From Candidatus Nomurabacteria bacterium (GTDB lineage: Bacteria; Patescibacteriota; Minisyncoccia; Phycocordibacterales; JACOZG01), in contig JADLCI010000006.1 of assembly GCA_020847275.1 (NCBI GenBank), forward strand, positions 1-61,285: a DNA stretch of 61,285 bases. Direction: 5' to 3'. The notes under the pieces were generated by a model. That model searched no databases. It had not been told where the DNA came from and was given only the letters and a program-made list of their open reading frames with translations. A program made the translations under genes and the position numbers. How positions within the stretch are numbered: the first letter of the stretch is position 1; each line of letters begins with the position of its first letter. This document shows, in pieces, positions 23,089-32,344 of the stretch.

Positions 23089-25533
23089 ATCAAATCGTTA
23101 ATTTTTAAGTTAATTCTCCTCTTTCTGATTTTCTGCTTCCTCGGCGGTGGCGTTCTTCTACTTTGGACCACCAATCTAGAAATCCCTTCTTTCGAAGCTT
23201 TTTCCGAACGAATCGTGGCCAAATCTACGAAAATCTACGACCGAACAGGTGAAGTTTTGCTCTACGACATCCACGACACCGTGAAACGACGCGTTGTTCC
23301 TCTGGAACAGATCTCGAAGAATGTGAAGAACGCCACAATCGCCATCGAGGACGACCAGTTCTATCAACATGGGGGCATTCAGGTCAGTGCCATCTTCCGC
23401 GCCCTGCTCGCCAATTTGGGCGCTGGGACAAAACAGCAAGGCGGATCAACGATTACCCAGCAATTGGTGAAAAACTCGCTCCTAACGCAAGATAAGAGCT
23501 GGTCACGAAAAATTAAAGAGCTAGTCTTGTCTATCCGGCTGGAAAAAAAGATGAGCAAGGATGAAATTCTTGGCCATTACCTCAACGAAATTCCCTACGG
23601 CGGCAATATCTACGGCGTGGAAGAAGCCGCCCAAACTTACTTCGGTAAAAGTGCACTGGATGTGAACTTGGCCGAGGCAGCTTACCTTGCCGCTATTCCT
23701 AAAGCGCCAACTTTCTATTCACCGTATGGTCAGAATAGAGACAAGCTCGATGAGAGGAAAGATGTTGTCCTGGCGCGGCTAGCCGAACTTGGATTTATCA
23801 CCGAAGCAGAACATCGCCAAGCTCTGGCCGAGAAGGTTACCTTCTCGTCATCAACGGAACGTGGGATAAAGGCACCTCATTTCGTGATCTGGGTGCGCGA
23901 TTATCTGGAGAACAAATACGGCATTGAGGCCCTAAATTCTCGTGGCCTGAAAGTAACCACCACGCTCGACTGGCCACTACAAGCGGCTGCCGAAAAAATC
24001 GTAGCAGAAACCGCCGAAGAAAATGCAAAAAAGTTTAACGCCAAGAACGCTGGCCTAGTGGCCATTGATCCAAAGACTGGACAAGTGCTAGTGATGGTCG
24101 GTTCTAAAGACTATTTCAATACGGAAGACGAAGGTAACTTCAATATTATTCTCGCTCACCGTCAGCCTGGTTCTGCCTTTAAACCTTTTGCCTACGCTGA
24201 AGCATTCAAGAAAAACTTCACCCCCGAAACGATGCTCTTCGATTTAGAAACCCAATTTGATACGGCCTGTCAAAACGGTGGTAATTGTTATAAACCAGTA
24301 AACTACGATAACAAGTTCCGCGGGCCGATGAGCATGCGCGAAGCTCTAGCCCAATCAATCAACATCCCCTCAATAAAAACCTTGTACCTTGCCGGCATTA
24401 ACGACACCCTAGCTCTTGCGAAGAATATGGGAATCACCAGTCTCGGCAATGCCAACCAATACGGACTAACACTTGTGCTTGGTGGTGGCGAAGTCTCCCC
24501 GCTTGAATTAACCAGCGCCTACGGCGTTTTCGCAAACGATGGAAATCGTTTACCCTACACCTCCATTCTAAAAGTGGAGGACGACACGGGAAGAATTCTG
24601 GAAGAATTCACTCCTCATCCCCGAGAGGTACTTGAACCAAATATTGCTCGCCTGATCTCAGATGTTCTCTCTGATAATAAGGCAAAGATTCCATCCTACG
24701 GCGCTAACTCTCCACTCTTTTTTCCGAACCGCGAAGTAGCGTCAAAAACTGGTACAACGAATGACTATAAAGACGCGTGGATTGTGGGCTACACCCCCAG
24801 TCTAGTTGTGGGAGCTTGGGCCGGCAACAACGACAATACCCCAATGGAGAAGAAGGTTGCCGGACTAATTATCGTGCCAATGTGGCGCAACTTCATGGAT
24901 GTAGCTCTGGAAAAATCCACTGTAGAAAATTTTCCTGACCCAGAACCAGCAAGCACTGAATCTCTACCGTTAATGCGGGGTTTCTGGCAGGGTAGCCACG
25001 GCTATTTCACCGATAAAATTTCGGGCAAAATTGCCACCGAATATACGCCAGTTGAACTGCGCGAAGAACATGTCCTGACACAAGTTCACTCCATTCTTTA
25101 TTGGCTAGACAGAGAAGATGATCCTCAATTTCCCCTTTGGGAAGAACCAGTTCGTCGTTGGGTCTCGGAGAAAGGAATCGTCGAACAAACAGATTCAGCC
25201 ATCCCCACGGCGATAGATGATATTCACCGACCAGAATTTGAACCTAAAATTAAAATTCTTAATCCATCACCATCAGAAATCTATGCCCCCGAACAGCAAG
25301 TTACCATACGCGGTTCTTATGTTGGGCACTTCCCCATCGGAAAATTGGAATTTTTCTTGAACGATCAATATCTTGGTCAAAGTGAACGGGCCCCATTTGA
25401 TTTTACATTTATCCCCAAATATACCTCTCCTCTCAAGCCAGTCAACGAGCTAAGGATCGTGGCTCACGACAGTGTCGGCAACCGTAGTGAAATCAAAGCA
25501 CCACTCTCTCTTTCAGTTCTCCCAACAACTTAG
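23089..25533 (+). CDS. class A penicillin-binding protein (PBP1A type); N-terminus extended to a probable ATC start
   Basis: IAIEDDQF, QGGSTITQQLVKN, YLNEIPYG, RQPGSAFKPF, SINIP, SKTGTT motifs, C-terminal Ig-like domain; the TM anchor lies upstream of the ORF-track start (23215). Confidence 0.9.
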   Translation: MKSLIFKLILLFLIFCFLGGGVLLLWTTNLEIPSFEAFSERIVAKSTKIYDRTGEVLLYDIHDTVKRRVVPLEQISKNVKNATIAIEDDQFYQHGGIQVSAIFRALLANLGAGTKQQGGSTITQQLVKNSLLTQDKSWSRKIKELVLSIRLEKKMSKDEILGHYLNEIPYGGNIYGVEEAAQTYFGKSALDVNLAEAAYLAAIPKAPTFYSPYGQNRDKLDERKDVVLARLAELGFITEAEHRQALAEKVTFSSSTERGIKAPHFVIWVRDYLENKYGIEALNSRGLKVTTTLDWPLQAAAEKIVAETAEENAKKFNAKNAGLVAIDPKTGQVLVMVGSKDYFNTEDEGNFNIILAHRQPGSAFKPFAYAEAFKKNFTPETMLFDLETQFDTACQNGGNCYKPVNYDNKFRGPMSMREALAQSINIPSIKTLYLAGINDTLALAKNMGITSLGNANQYGLTLVLGGGEVSPLELTSAYGVFANDGNRLPYTSILKVEDDTGRILEEFTPHPREVLEPNIARLISDVLSDNKAKIPSYGANSPLFFPNREVASKTGTTNDYKDAWIVGYTPSLVVGAWAGNNDNTPMEKKVAGLIIVPMWRNFMDVALEKSTVENFPDPEPASTESLPLMRGFWQGSHGYFTDKISGKIATEYTPVELREEHVLTQVHSILYWLDREDDPQFPLWEEPVRRWVSEKGIVEQTDSAIPTAIDDIHRPEFEPKIKILNPSPSEIYAPEQQVTIRGSYVGHFPIGKLEFFLNDQYLGQSERAPFDFTFIPKYTSPLKPVNELRIVAHDSVGNRSEIKAPLSLSVLPTT

Positions 25534-25750
25534 CAATTTCGGCGGCTATTTGTTCCCGTTTAAGAAAAACTAGATTTTTTACTACCGGAGAAACCATTAG
25601 GTAAAGTGAGCGCTTTTCAACTTTTATCATTTCCAGACCCACTTCAACCCCAATCAACCTGTGCAAGACATCCTGTACCGCCTGTTTCACTAATTGATTC
25701 GCTGGTAGAATACCCCGAAACTTTATCAGAAAAATACCGAGTCCTTTCAT
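25493..25750 (-). CDS. small protein, possibly DciA/DUF721-like helicase-loading factor
   Basis: 85 aa, coupled to the dnaN stop; pattern I.V....LYL.VSPVVKN.VFLK.EQI...I resembles the DciA KH-like fold. Confidence 0.5.
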   Translation of the reverse strand: MKGLGIFLIKFRGILPANQLVKQAVQDVLHRLIGVEVGLEMIKVEKRSLYLMVSPVVKNLVFLKREQIAAEIAKLLGELKERVVL

Positions 25751-26853
25751 TATCGATTAAGTGGCATTATTAGGTAACGAAAACTATCGTCACTAGTGCT
25801 AGTAAGTAAAATCGGTTTAGTCCGACCGTTAAATTGGAGTGAAACCTTTTCATCAGAAATTGATTGCAAACCGTCCAGTAAATAACGCAGATTAAGATTG
25901 ATAATTAACTCCTCGCCATTGATCGTCGCCGGCACAAGACTGGTATTTTCCCCCACATCACCATTTTGGCTTGTTAATTCTAGAACACTATCTTCTGGTC
26001 GAAGTTTAAGTGTCACATGATTGAGACGATCGGTGAAAATTTGAGAGAGTTTGAGGGCATTCAAAAGTTCTACTCGACTTAACACAACTTGGCTAATTGA
26101 GTTTAGCGGCATTATTTGACGGTAGTCAGGAAAAACTCCCTCGATCAAACGTGAAGTTAAACGGAGGCGATCAGTGATAACTGTTAATTGATGCCGATTA
26201 AATTTCCAGACCGCTGTACCAGTAGTCGATTCCAGTAACCGTAAAATTTCCGTCACATTCCTAACGGGAATAATTAATTTTACTACCTGATCTCCCTCTG
26301 TCTTTAAATCAACTTTCTTTTCTGCTAAACGAAAAGAGTCTGTTGCCACAAAATAGGCATTTGATTCGTCGGTATAGAAATATAAACTAGCTATTTCCGG
26401 TTTAATATCGGTCAAAGCAGCGGCATAACCAACCGCCCTAGCTCCAGAAACAAAATCAATTATTGGGAGAGTTAACTCCATTGTTTCTTCTAATTCAGGT
26501 AGGGTCGGAAAGTCTTCGGTTGATTGAACCTTAATTAAGGTGGAACTGGACCCAACCGAGACAACTAAATTCTTATTCACCACTTCTAGAGTTAGTTTTT
26601 CTACATTGTTTATATTAGAAAGCAGGTTATAGAAGACTGCCCCAGAGATAAGAACCGCCCCGGGGGATATAACTTTCGCTGGTAATTTCCACTCACAACC
26701 AAGATCAAGATTCGTACCACGGATAATCAAATTTTTACCTTCAGCGGATAACAGAATAAAACCAAGAACAGGTAAGGATGAACTCTTACTCGTCACTTTT
26801 TCCGTAAGACCGACAGCTTGTTTTAAACTTTCCCGTTGGCATTCTAGTTTCAT
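25750..26853 (-). CDS. dnaN: DNA polymerase III beta clamp
   Basis: GTNLDLG, EDFPTLP, VATDSFRLA, SRLIEGVFPDYRQIMP, YLIMPL motifs. Confidence 0.97.
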   Translation of the reverse strand: MKLECQRESLKQAVGLTEKVTSKSSSLPVLGFILLSAEGKNLIIRGTNLDLGCEWKLPAKVISPGAVLISGAVFYNLLSNINNVEKLTLEVVNKNLVVSVGSSSTLIKVQSTEDFPTLPELEETMELTLPIIDFVSGARAVGYAAALTDIKPEIASLYFYTDESNAYFVATDSFRLAEKKVDLKTEGDQVVKLIIPVRNVTEILRLLESTTGTAVWKFNRHQLTVITDRLRLTSRLIEGVFPDYRQIMPLNSISQVVLSRVELLNALKLSQIFTDRLNHVTLKLRPEDSVLELTSQNGDVGENTSLVPATINGEELIINLNLRYLLDGLQSISDEKVSLQFNGRTKPILLTSTSDDSFRYLIMPLNR

Positions 26854-26854
26854 A

Positions 26855-27030
26855 ATATTTAATTAATCTTTATCTAAATACATTATTATAATTATGACTG
26901 GGGATAAGGTAGTTTGTCTCTTCGGGGTAGTGTTTTAGGCTGGGGATTATTTTTAATATCTTTCTCATTTTGATTTTTATCCTATTTTATTCCAGAGGTT
27001 ATCCATTTTTTATCAACTGGTTATCCCTGG
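26855..27030. other. replication origin oriC (dnaA-dnaN intergenic)
   Basis: AT-rich tract 26855-96; box TGGGGATAA 26899-907; second box at 26941; phased TTAT(C/T)C units at 26977, 26987, 26999, 27010, 27021; apparent GC-skew flip. Confidence 0.75.
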
Positions 27031-28373
27031 AGTATTAGGTTTCTAATCTGCTCAATTTCCTGAGCTAGGGGCTCGTTGTTGGTGATGTCTTTTTTGATTT
27101 TCTCGTAGGCGTGGATGACTGTGGTGTGATCTCTACCGCCTAACTTTTGGCCGATGTAGGGATAGGAGGTGTTGAAGTCTTCACGAAGTAGATACATAAT
27201 CACCTGCCGCGGTTTTACTACCTCTTTCTTCCTTGTTTTCTCATAGAGATTTTTCTCGTTGATATGGTAGAAGTTGGCAACAATGTCAGCCACATCTTTA
27301 ACGGAAACCATTTTCTTTGGTTTAACATTATTTTTAATTAGAGTTTTGATTTCACTCAGACTTAGCGGTCTGTTTTTAAGCTGGCTTTGGCAGATAACGG
27401 TATTAAGACAGCCCTCCAGTTCGCGGATATTATCTTGAATCACCTCGGCAATGTACTCTAGTGATTCTGGTGCTAGAGTAAGTTGATTTTGGTGGATCTT
27501 ATTGTTCAGGATTGCTAGACGTGATTCATAGTCTGGTTTACTGACATCAACAATCATTCCCCCCTCAAAACGAGAGCGTAGGCGTTCCTCAAGGTCGGGG
27601 ATGTATTTGGGTGCCTTGTCAGAGGAAAAAATAATTTGTTTATTGTTGTCGTGAAGGTGGTTAAATAAATGAAACAGCTCCTCCTGAGTCTTTTCTTTCT
27701 TGGCAAAGAATTGGACATCGTCCATTATCAGGATGTCATATTTTCGATATTTTTCTTTGAAAGTGTTGATCCGGTTATGTTGCATTGAGCTCACGTAATC
27801 AACCGTGAACTGTTCGGAAGTAACATAGAAAATCTTTTTGCCGGGGTTGTTTTTTTTGACATAATTTCCTACCGACTGGATCAAGTGGGTTTTGCCAAGT
27901 CCCGTTCCACCATAAATAAAGAGGGGGTTATAAATTTGCCCCAGTTTTTTTACAACTGCCTGGGTAGCAGCGTGTGCCAGTTCATTGAATGGGCCAACAA
28001 TAAAAGAATCAAAGACATATTTCGGGTTAAGGTTATCTTCGCGGTTTGTGTACATTTCAGCCAAATCCATTTGTGGACTAATAGCTGGTGCCGTACTGGG
28101 TAGGTTAATGTTTTCAGGTTTTTCGTTCTTGGAGATGGTGTATTCCACAGCTCGTATCTCTGGCATCAGTTGTCGGAGAGAGCGGAGAATTGATTTGTGA
28201 TATTTCTTAAAGAGCCAGTCTTTCACAAAAGCGTTTGGAACGCCGAGGAAAATTACTCCGTCCTCGTCTTTTACAATTCTGGTGTTGCGAAACCATGTTC
28301 CGAAATTGGCGCGCGAGACCTCGATTTCAATATCTACTAGGGCATTTTCCCAAAGAGTTTTGTGGTCAGACAT
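27021..28373 (-). CDS. dnaA: chromosomal replication initiator DnaA
   Basis: YNPLFIYGGTGLGKTHL, DDVQF, RLRSRF, NIRELEG, GGRDHTTVIHA motifs; ATG 28373 preferred (TTG 28403 possible). Confidence 0.98.
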   Translation of the reverse strand: MSDHKTLWENALVDIEIEVSRANFGTWFRNTRIVKDEDGVIFLGVPNAFVKDWLFKKYHKSILRSLRQLMPEIRAVEYTISKNEKPENINLPSTAPAISPQMDLAEMYTNREDNLNPKYVFDSFIVGPFNELAHAATQAVVKKLGQIYNPLFIYGGTGLGKTHLIQSVGNYVKKNNPGKKIFYVTSEQFTVDYVSSMQHNRINTFKEKYRKYDILIMDDVQFFAKKEKTQEELFHLFNHLHDNNKQIIFSSDKAPKYIPDLEERLRSRFEGGMIVDVSKPDYESRLAILNNKIHQNQLTLAPESLEYIAEVIQDNIRELEGCLNTVICQSQLKNRPLSLSEIKTLIKNNVKPKKMVSVKDVADIVANFYHINEKNLYEKTRKKEVVKPRQVIMYLLREDFNTSYPYIGQKLGGRDHTTVIHAYEKIKKDITNNEPLAQEIEQIRNLILQG

Positions 28374-28422
28374 CGCAGGTGAATTATATGCCTCGTTTTC
28401 CAAGTATCCAACTAGCCGAATC

Positions 28423-28431
28423 TGTGAATAA
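28423..28431 (-). promoter_or_regulatory. DnaA box upstream of dnaA
   Basis: TGTGAATAA = TTATTCACA on minus, fits TTWTNCACA. Confidence 0.65.
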
Positions 28432-28470
28432 TCAGTGGATTACTATAATGAACTATGGTAGACTCCTCCC

Positions 28471-28605
28471 ATGTCTCAAACATACCAACCTAAAAAGCGG
28501 AAACGTAAGACTACACACGGTTTTTTGACCCGGAGTCGTTCCAAAACTGGCCGGCGGGTGCTGGTTGCTCGTCGTCGGAAGGGACGTCATAAATTGACAG
28601 TTTAA
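28471..28605 (+). CDS. rpmH: 50S ribosomal protein L34 (not in ORF track)
   Basis: [44 protein letters not shown]. Confidence 0.96.
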   Translation: MSQTYQPKKRKRKTTHGFLTRSRSKTGRRVLVARRRKGRHKLTV

Positions 28606-28947
28606 ATGCTCGCTCGTTTCCTCCGGTTGGATCGTCCTGAGATTGAATTAGTGGTTGCAAGGGGTCGCCGGTTTGGCAACCGAGATCTTGGTTTGCGGGT
28701 TTTAAAGGTGGGTCACTCCCCTAGCCGTTTTGCCATAGTAGTTCCCGCCAAGGAGATGAAACAATCAGTTGATCGCCATTTGATTAAGCGTCGCATCCGT
28801 TCAGTCATTCGGTCTTTGGCCCCACGTATTTTACTTGGTTTTCACATAGTTGTGTTCTGTGGTTCGGCGACAGTAAACTGGTCATTCGCAGAATTAAAAA
28901 AAAGTTTTGTGGACTTACTTAAGGATTTTATTAAAAAAGAGTCATGA
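28606..28947 (+). CDS. rnpA: ribonuclease P protein component
   Basis: RFAIVV..K...SVDRHLIKRRIR (RNR-like motif); rpmH-rnpA-yidC synteny. Confidence 0.88.
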   Translation: MLARFLRLDRPEIELVVARGRRFGNRDLGLRVLKVGHSPSRFAIVVPAKEMKQSVDRHLIKRRIRSVIRSLAPRILLGFHIVVFCGSATVNWSFAELKKSFVDLLKDFIKKES

Positions 28948-29681
28948 TTGGTAATTTTTTTCATTTGGTTTTCTTTCTCCCGCTCTATAATGCCCTAATT
29001 TGGCTAAGCAGTATCCTGCCTGGTGGAGATATTGGTCTTGCAATCGTCATCCTAACCCTGATTGTTAAGGTTATCCTTTTTCCGCTTCAACACAGAATGA
29101 GTAAGACCCAGGCGGCCCTTAAAAAACTTGAACCAGAGTTGCAAAAATTAAAGGAGAAATATGCCGATGACAAGAGTGAACAGGCTAAACAACTAATGGC
29201 TCTTTACCGCGAGCACGGTGTTAACCCCCTTTCTGGTTTCATTATTTTACTTATACAGTTGCCGGTTCTTTTGGCACTTTTTTGGGTTTTTAAAGATAGC
29301 TTTACCCTTAGACCTGAGTGGTTCTACTCATTTGTAACGCCCCCCGCCGTCTCCAACACGCTCTTCCTTGGTCTACTGGATATCACCACTAAAAGTTATA
29401 TTCTAGCGATACTCGTTGGCCTTTCTCAATTTTTCCAAATGAAGCTAGTCTTACCTCCGCAGTCTGCTACTGGTGAAAAAAATGCTAAAAACTCTCTCGC
29501 TTCAGATTTCACACGGGGACTCAACCTTCAAATGCAGTATTTTATGCCAGTGATGGTAATGTTTATCGGCTTTTCTCTTCCTGCGGCTATATCGCTCTAT
29601 TGGTTTACCAGTAACCTGTTCGCTATCGGTCACGAGATTTTTGTAAACCAAAAATTGAAAGAGAAAAAGGCTCTGAACTAG
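28944..29681 (+). CDS. yidC: YidC/Oxa1 membrane insertase
   Basis: AIVILTLIVKVILFP, LYREHGVNPLSG..LLIQLP, SLYWFTSN motifs. Confidence 0.96.
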   Translation: MIGNFFHLVFFLPLYNALIWLSSILPGGDIGLAIVILTLIVKVILFPLQHRMSKTQAALKKLEPELQKLKEKYADDKSEQAKQLMALYREHGVNPLSGFIILLIQLPVLLALFWVFKDSFTLRPEWFYSFVTPPAVSNTLFLGLLDITTKSYILAILVGLSQFFQMKLVLPPQSATGEKNAKNSLASDFTRGLNLQMQYFMPVMVMFIGFSLPAAISLYWFTSNLFAIGHEIFVNQKLKEKKALN

Positions 29682-30964
29682 AATCCTGTTTCCAGGTTAA
29701 GTGCCCAAAGATTGTTGTCGTTACGATTGGTGAGGTAGAGTATCCGTTCATCCGGCGATAATAGTAGGTTGTTGGCATCAATTTTTTCACCGAGGTTCGC
29801 CGTTGCGGGGCTGAAGATTATTTCAGTCTGGTTGTTCGAGGCGTCAAGTTTCCAGATGTTGTCTGCTAGTCTTACCTCTCCGCGATACCAATCATCAGGA
29901 TATTGGTGTCCGGGTGGTAAGGTGCTTGGTGCGGCGCAATAGGCAATTATTCCAGACTGGTTCCACACACACTTGTCGGCCCAAGTTTGGAGGTTTAGAC
30001 GATTAAACAGATGTTTTTTCGCGTCGTAGAAACCGAAGACGAGCCCGCGATCACTATCACCACTATAGATGATGTGTTTCAGGCTGGGGCTAACAAGTGT
30101 AGTAAGACCGGGAACACCAGTAATTATTGGTTCCCATTTTTTTGTTTCGATATCAATGAAATAGAGCGAGCCATCAACGCTTTGCGCCGAACGAGTCTGA
30201 ATGGCAAGAACGGAAGAGGTGGCCCAAGACGCTCGCCACTCGGGATAGGGAGAGCGAAAAATTAATTCTTTTTTGTCGCCGTTTGTGTTGGCAAGATAGC
30301 CCAACATTTCTTTGTTTACAGTTTCTAGCCAGAATAGTTTATTTTGCTTAGGTGAGGTGACTATATCTTCAATATCTTGAGCGAGGAAGCCCCCCGATAG
30401 AGGTTCCAATTCCCTACTCTGATTTAGAAAGCCATCTTCGTTTGTCGCGCTGGTGAGCTCAAGATTCCCAGAGAAAGTTTGGATACGGTTTCCCTTGAGA
30501 TACTGGAAAATGATTTGAGTACTTGTTCCCGTTTGCCCACCAATCAGACGGTAAATTTTTGGGATCGTGGTGTTGGAGATTCGTTCAAGACTGACGGCAT
30601 TAGTTGAAACACGATAGAGATGACCAGTCGCTTTTTCAACCACAATGACGGTGCTAGATGTACCGGTTCCTAGACGGACCAAACCACCAATCGGTCTCGT
30701 GGTCACTTGGAAGAATCGTCCAGAACGATCAATGGTGGCCAGATTTTCTACATTATCAATATTGGTTGCTATGGTCGTGCTACTAACTCCTTGTTCGTTC
30801 AGTAAACCTGGTCTCATTTCTCCACTGGGAAAGAGATCGTTTACGGTGACTTGATCCAATTCTGGTTCGGCTGTTTTTTCGTTATTTTTCGTAGTTACCA
30901 GAACAACAATAAGTACTAGAACGATGACTGCCCCGATAATGATTGTTAATTTTTTTCTTGCCAT
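29678..30964 (-). CDS. membrane-anchored beta-propeller-like protein
   Basis: N-terminal TM, repeated beta-strand blades (SPKQNK, SPSLKH, SPDER), WADKC...YCA motif. Confidence 0.7.
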   Translation of the reverse strand: MARKKLTIIIGAVIVLVLIVVLVTTKNNEKTAEPELDQVTVNDLFPSGEMRPGLLNEQGVSSTTIATNIDNVENLATIDRSGRFFQVTTRPIGGLVRLGTGTSSTVIVVEKATGHLYRVSTNAVSLERISNTTIPKIYRLIGGQTGTSTQIIFQYLKGNRIQTFSGNLELTSATNEDGFLNQSRELEPLSGGFLAQDIEDIVTSPKQNKLFWLETVNKEMLGYLANTNGDKKELIFRSPYPEWRASWATSSVLAIQTRSAQSVDGSLYFIDIETKKWEPIITGVPGLTTLVSPSLKHIIYSGDSDRGLVFGFYDAKKHLFNRLNLQTWADKCVWNQSGIIAYCAAPSTLPPGHQYPDDWYRGEVRLADNIWKLDASNNQTEIIFSPATANLGEKIDANNLLLSPDERILYLTNRNDNNLWALNLETGF

Positions 30965-30966
30965 GT

Positions 30967-31287
30967 TTATTGACCGCCGAAAATGCCAAAAGTGTTAATC
31001 TGGGGGTTGATTGTTTCTAGAATTAACCAGGCGGCCAGCGCAAGTAAGAGTCCCCATAGGGCGTTTTTTATCCTCTCTTTTCCCTCCGTTTTTGCTCCAG
31101 GAATTTTGCTTAACATATACTCTAAACCACCCCAAGCAATCACAACGATGGCTAGCGCGACAGAAGCACCGAGAAAAATCGAGAAAGCCGTTGTGACGTA
31201 ATCACCGACACCATTAGCCGAAACTGTTCTAACAGCATCCTGCCCGATTCCTAGTGGTTCCAATAGATTGACTTGTTTTTCTGCCAT
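30967..31287 (-). CDS. T4SS-type pilin (TrbC/VirB2-like)
   Basis: Two TMs with WGGLEYM...KTEGKERIKNALWGLLLALAAWLILETINP signature. Confidence 0.8.
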   Translation of the reverse strand: MAEKQVNLLEPLGIGQDAVRTVSANGVGDYVTTAFSIFLGASVALAIVVIAWGGLEYMLSKIPGAKTEGKERIKNALWGLLLALAAWLILETINPQINTFGIFGGQ

Positions 31288-31295
31288 ACTGATTT

Positions 31296-32021
31296 TTAAA
31301 AATTAAAATTTTGAGTACCGCCGAAGGTGATCTGAAACTGTTTTTTGGCGGACTGAAAGACCGTGTTTAAGCTCTCCGCATTAATGGTGATGGTGTTTTG
31401 TCCTGTAGTGCCAGATGGCGCCGCGAAGGTGATGAGACGACTGTCTAGCGGATCAGGCACGACCCTTTGGTCGTTTAGACGCCAACGGTAATCAATTTTA
31501 CCGCTAGTCACGTCGGTTTTGGGAAAGAAATATGGTTCGGCAAACAGGTTAATTTCTGGTTGGCCGAGGATTAGATTGTCGTCGATTGCTTGTGCGTAGT
31601 TAATCCCAGTTAGTGATTCGTTTCGGTAAATACTGATACTAGGATTAGTGACCGGAATCGTGATGGTTTGTTCTTGTCTTGTGGTTTGGGCGGGGTCGCT
31701 AACGGCCACGTTTATCCGTTCTGTTTCCCCCGCTTTTCCAGCACTGAAGGTCAAAATATTTTGACCGAACCCAGACGATTTTAACAGGAGTTGCCCGTTG
31801 CGCTTCCAGGTATACTCTAGGTTGGATGGAGCTTGAGCCCAACTATCAACGAGGGCAAGTACTTTGATCTTGCTTTGTGGTGTAGCGATACTGTGCCCAG
31901 CGTAGAATGGCGGACTATGGGTGTCGGCAGACCAGATCAAATTTACACTCGGTTTGGTTTGAGCTTGAGTTGAGCTAGTCAGCAGAGCTAAGGTTAGGAG
32001 AATTAGAATAAAATATTTCAT
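31296..32021 (-). CDS. secreted Ig-like beta-sandwich protein
   Basis: Signal peptide; LIWSADT..PPFYAG, YTWKRNG and YRWRLN motifs. Confidence 0.7.
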   Translation of the reverse strand: MKYFILILLTLALLTSSTQAQTKPSVNLIWSADTHSPPFYAGHSIATPQSKIKVLALVDSWAQAPSNLEYTWKRNGQLLLKSSGFGQNILTFSAGKAGETERINVAVSDPAQTTRQEQTITIPVTNPSISIYRNESLTGINYAQAIDDNLILGQPEINLFAEPYFFPKTDVTSGKIDYRWRLNDQRVVPDPLDSRLITFAAPSGTTGQNTITINAESLNTVFQSAKKQFQITFGGTQNFNF

Positions 32022-32344
32022 TTTGTCAGGGGCACCTTAATTCCCAGAGCATCTTCTGATTTTACCATAAAAATAATACTTACAACGCCAATAGTAGTCT
32101 CTGGCAACATACTTAGTACGGGTATCAAACCAATAACAAAACTACCTATCGCTACGGCAGCGCGGCGTCCGCTGAAAGGGTTAACTCCTTCGAGGAAAAA
32201 CCAAATAGTGAAAATAATCCAGGTGATTGGAGCAACGATGAGATTAATTAATGGTATTAAACTAAAAATATCAAACACGAAAGCTAAGGCTGGCATGAAA
32301 ATCATTGACGCGAGACTAATTCGTGTTTTCTTTTCTTCAGCCAT
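32018..32344 (-). CDS. small multi-TM membrane protein
   Basis: 108 aa, 3-4 hydrophobic segments, IPVLSMLPETT motif; overlaps both neighbours. Confidence 0.75.
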   Translation of the reverse strand: MAEEKKTRISLASMIFMPALAFVFDIFSLIPLINLIVAPITWIIFTIWFFLEGVNPFSGRRAAVAIGSFVIGLIPVLSMLPETTIGVVSIIFMVKSEDALGIKVPLTK

